DNA of 63,873 nt, filler included, from Octopus bimaculoides (lineage: Eukaryota), in NCBI RefSeq assembly GCF_001194135.2. It is 7 parts of 5 records of this genome, joined end to end, with 100 filler letters (N's around TTAATTAATTAA, not from the genome) between each part and the next. Parts side by side here need not be neighbours in the genome. Positions count along the whole stretch, not along the records: positions 57,829 to 63,873 come from NC_068990.1; 6 more parts are not named here. The stretch is one strand, 5' to 3'. Shown piece by piece: positions 62,206 through 63,873 of the stretch (the stretch's first letter is position 1; every line of letters begins with the position of its first letter). A program made the position numbers and the translations under genes. Below the pieces are notes generated by a model. That model was not told the DNA's origin. It saw nothing but the letters and a program-made list of their open reading frames with translations, and ran no database searches.

Positions 62206-62375
62206 TGTACATTCTGTAAAGTGGTTGATGTTAGGAAGGGCATCCAGCCATAGAAACCATGTCAGAACAGATGACCAGAGCCTGGTGCAGCTCTCCGGCT
62301 TGCCAACTCCTGTCAAACCGTCCAACCCATGCCAGCATGGAAACAGACATTAAATGACGATGATGATGATAATGA
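62206..62375 (+). mobile_element. RTE 3' tail copy directly after the 26-bp minisatellite
   Basis: Matches 13880-14036 and ends in (GAT)n. Confidence 0.8.
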
Positions 62376-62579
62376 TGAACTAGTAAAATGACGTGTATAT
62401 TTGGTAAACATTTTGAGAGATGACACAATCTGTATTCATAGTCTCTGCCTCATGATGGCTAAACATAACACAAAATGAGTTAATCATCAGCAGTTAATTA
62501 ATACACATGACTCTCACAGAATGGAGTCCCAATTGATTCATTCACTGAGATATAAAAATGATTCTTTTACCTTCTTCTT

Positions 62580-62955
62580 TTACTTGTTTTAATCAGACTG
62601 TGGCCATGCTGGAGCATCACATTGAAAAGTTTTTAGGTGAATGAATCAACACCAGTATTTGTTTTTTAAAGCCTGGTACTTATTCTATCAGTCTCTTTCA
62701 CTGAACTGTTAAATTACTGGGACATCAACACACCAATACTGTTAGTGAAGCCAAGATGAGGGACAATACAGTCACAAAGAAACACACAGATATATATAAT
62801 GGGTTTCTTTCAGTTTCCATTTACCAAACCCACTCACAAGGCTTTGGTCAGCTTGAGGCTATAGCACAAGACACTTGCTCAAGGCACCATGCAGTGGGAA
62901 CAAACTCAGAACCAAGTGGTCAGGAATCAAGCTTCTTATCACACATGCCTGCACC
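62580..62955 (-). mobile_element. Adjacent SINE copies (family D 62580-62790; family A 62805-62955)
   Basis: TTTTACTTG...GGCCATGCTGGAGCA is also at 39650-39740; the second part matches the family A reverse complement. Confidence 0.65.
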
Positions 62956-63651
62956 TATTGGCTATGATTCACAGACATTCACTTCCACCTCCCTTCCTCT
63001 TTTATTACTTCACTTTCAACAATCTTCATTCTCCTGAACCTCTTCACTACATACTGTGCTGTCCTAAGAAATGTGCACGATGGGCAGTTGGCCAGGGTCC
63101 TCAGGGCCAATTCTAATCTATGTATTGTTGTCAATAAATACTACAATACCCAAGGCACTCTTTTGCCTGGGGGCCTATATAATATTGCAAAGGCAATCTT
63201 GGTTACATACATTTTCCATCAAAGCCCACAAAACCCATTTGACTTCTTTTGTCATAATTACTGTATTCTCACCCTCCAGGCTCTGATACTAGACACATCA
63301 ACCAGAACTCTCTCTCCCCACAAGATGTGCATCCTTCAGAAATCCTACCCTACCCCACCACCACCACTATTGCTGCCTACATTTCTTTCGTGCAGACACG
63401 AACCTCAATGTTTTCAAGCTCAGTATCAATCTCGTCCAATACAGAACTGAAAGGACTGCAAAATCATAACATTAGACACTTCAATACTGAAGGTGATGGT
63501 GAAGAAGAAGAAGGAGGAGGAGATGAAGCAGAAGAAGAAACAAAAGAAGAAGATCATCTTATCATTATTATTCAAATGTCCACTTTTCCACGACCGTTGA
63601 CTAGACACTATTCAATTTTTTTTCTCCGTGTTTTTCTCCTTGTCTCCGTAT

Positions 63652-63688
63652 TCTTTCTGTTGAAGAGCATAGCTCGAAACGTCAAAGA
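63652..63688 (+). ncRNA. Minimal type I hammerhead motif with one core substitution
   Basis: TCTTT-CTGTTGA-A-GAGC-ATA-GCTC-GAAAC-GTC-AAAGA: perfect helices I and II; A6 replaced by U. Confidence 0.65.
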
Positions 63689-63873
63689 CTTTCCGTATTC
63701 CCGAGCGTCATACTAATACATCCTTTTGTTATTTACACCACCTGTCCTCGTCTGTTGTTGTTTTTTCTTATATTCTCCCATATATATATATACATACATA
63801 TATACATATATAAATATATACATATATATACATCCATATGCACATACATATACATTTATATATACATACATAT

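Overview
AT-rich, microsatellite-dense eukaryotic DNA from a fragmented assembly, with many N gaps and six artificial N44-TTAATTAATTAA-N44 joins. The repeat families look like those of octopus/cephalopods (inference from memory, not a database match). Host coding content is sparse: coding exons 1 and 2 of CCDC65/DRC2 on the minus strand (53760-53635, 52612-52360) and a short terminal exon encoding a NEMO/optineurin-like zinc finger (minus, 18729-18622) that the ORF track misses. The rest is decayed mobile DNA: two RTE LINE lineages (one with a PHD-type finger after the RT), R4/Dong-type and CR1/L2-type LINE pieces, a Penelope-like RT fragment, three mariner copies, a hAT fragment, several tRNA-SINE families, MITE-like foldbacks and a 26-bp minisatellite. 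The strongest unexplained signal is a set of about ten type I hammerhead-ribozyme-like motifs in several unrelated short repeats. One is fully consensus (minus, 25778-25704), and the stems covary while helix III stays palindromic. Some sit in 430-465 bp units that show circular permutation or terminal redundancy, suggesting retrozyme-like or Penelope pLTR-derived circular-RNA elements.
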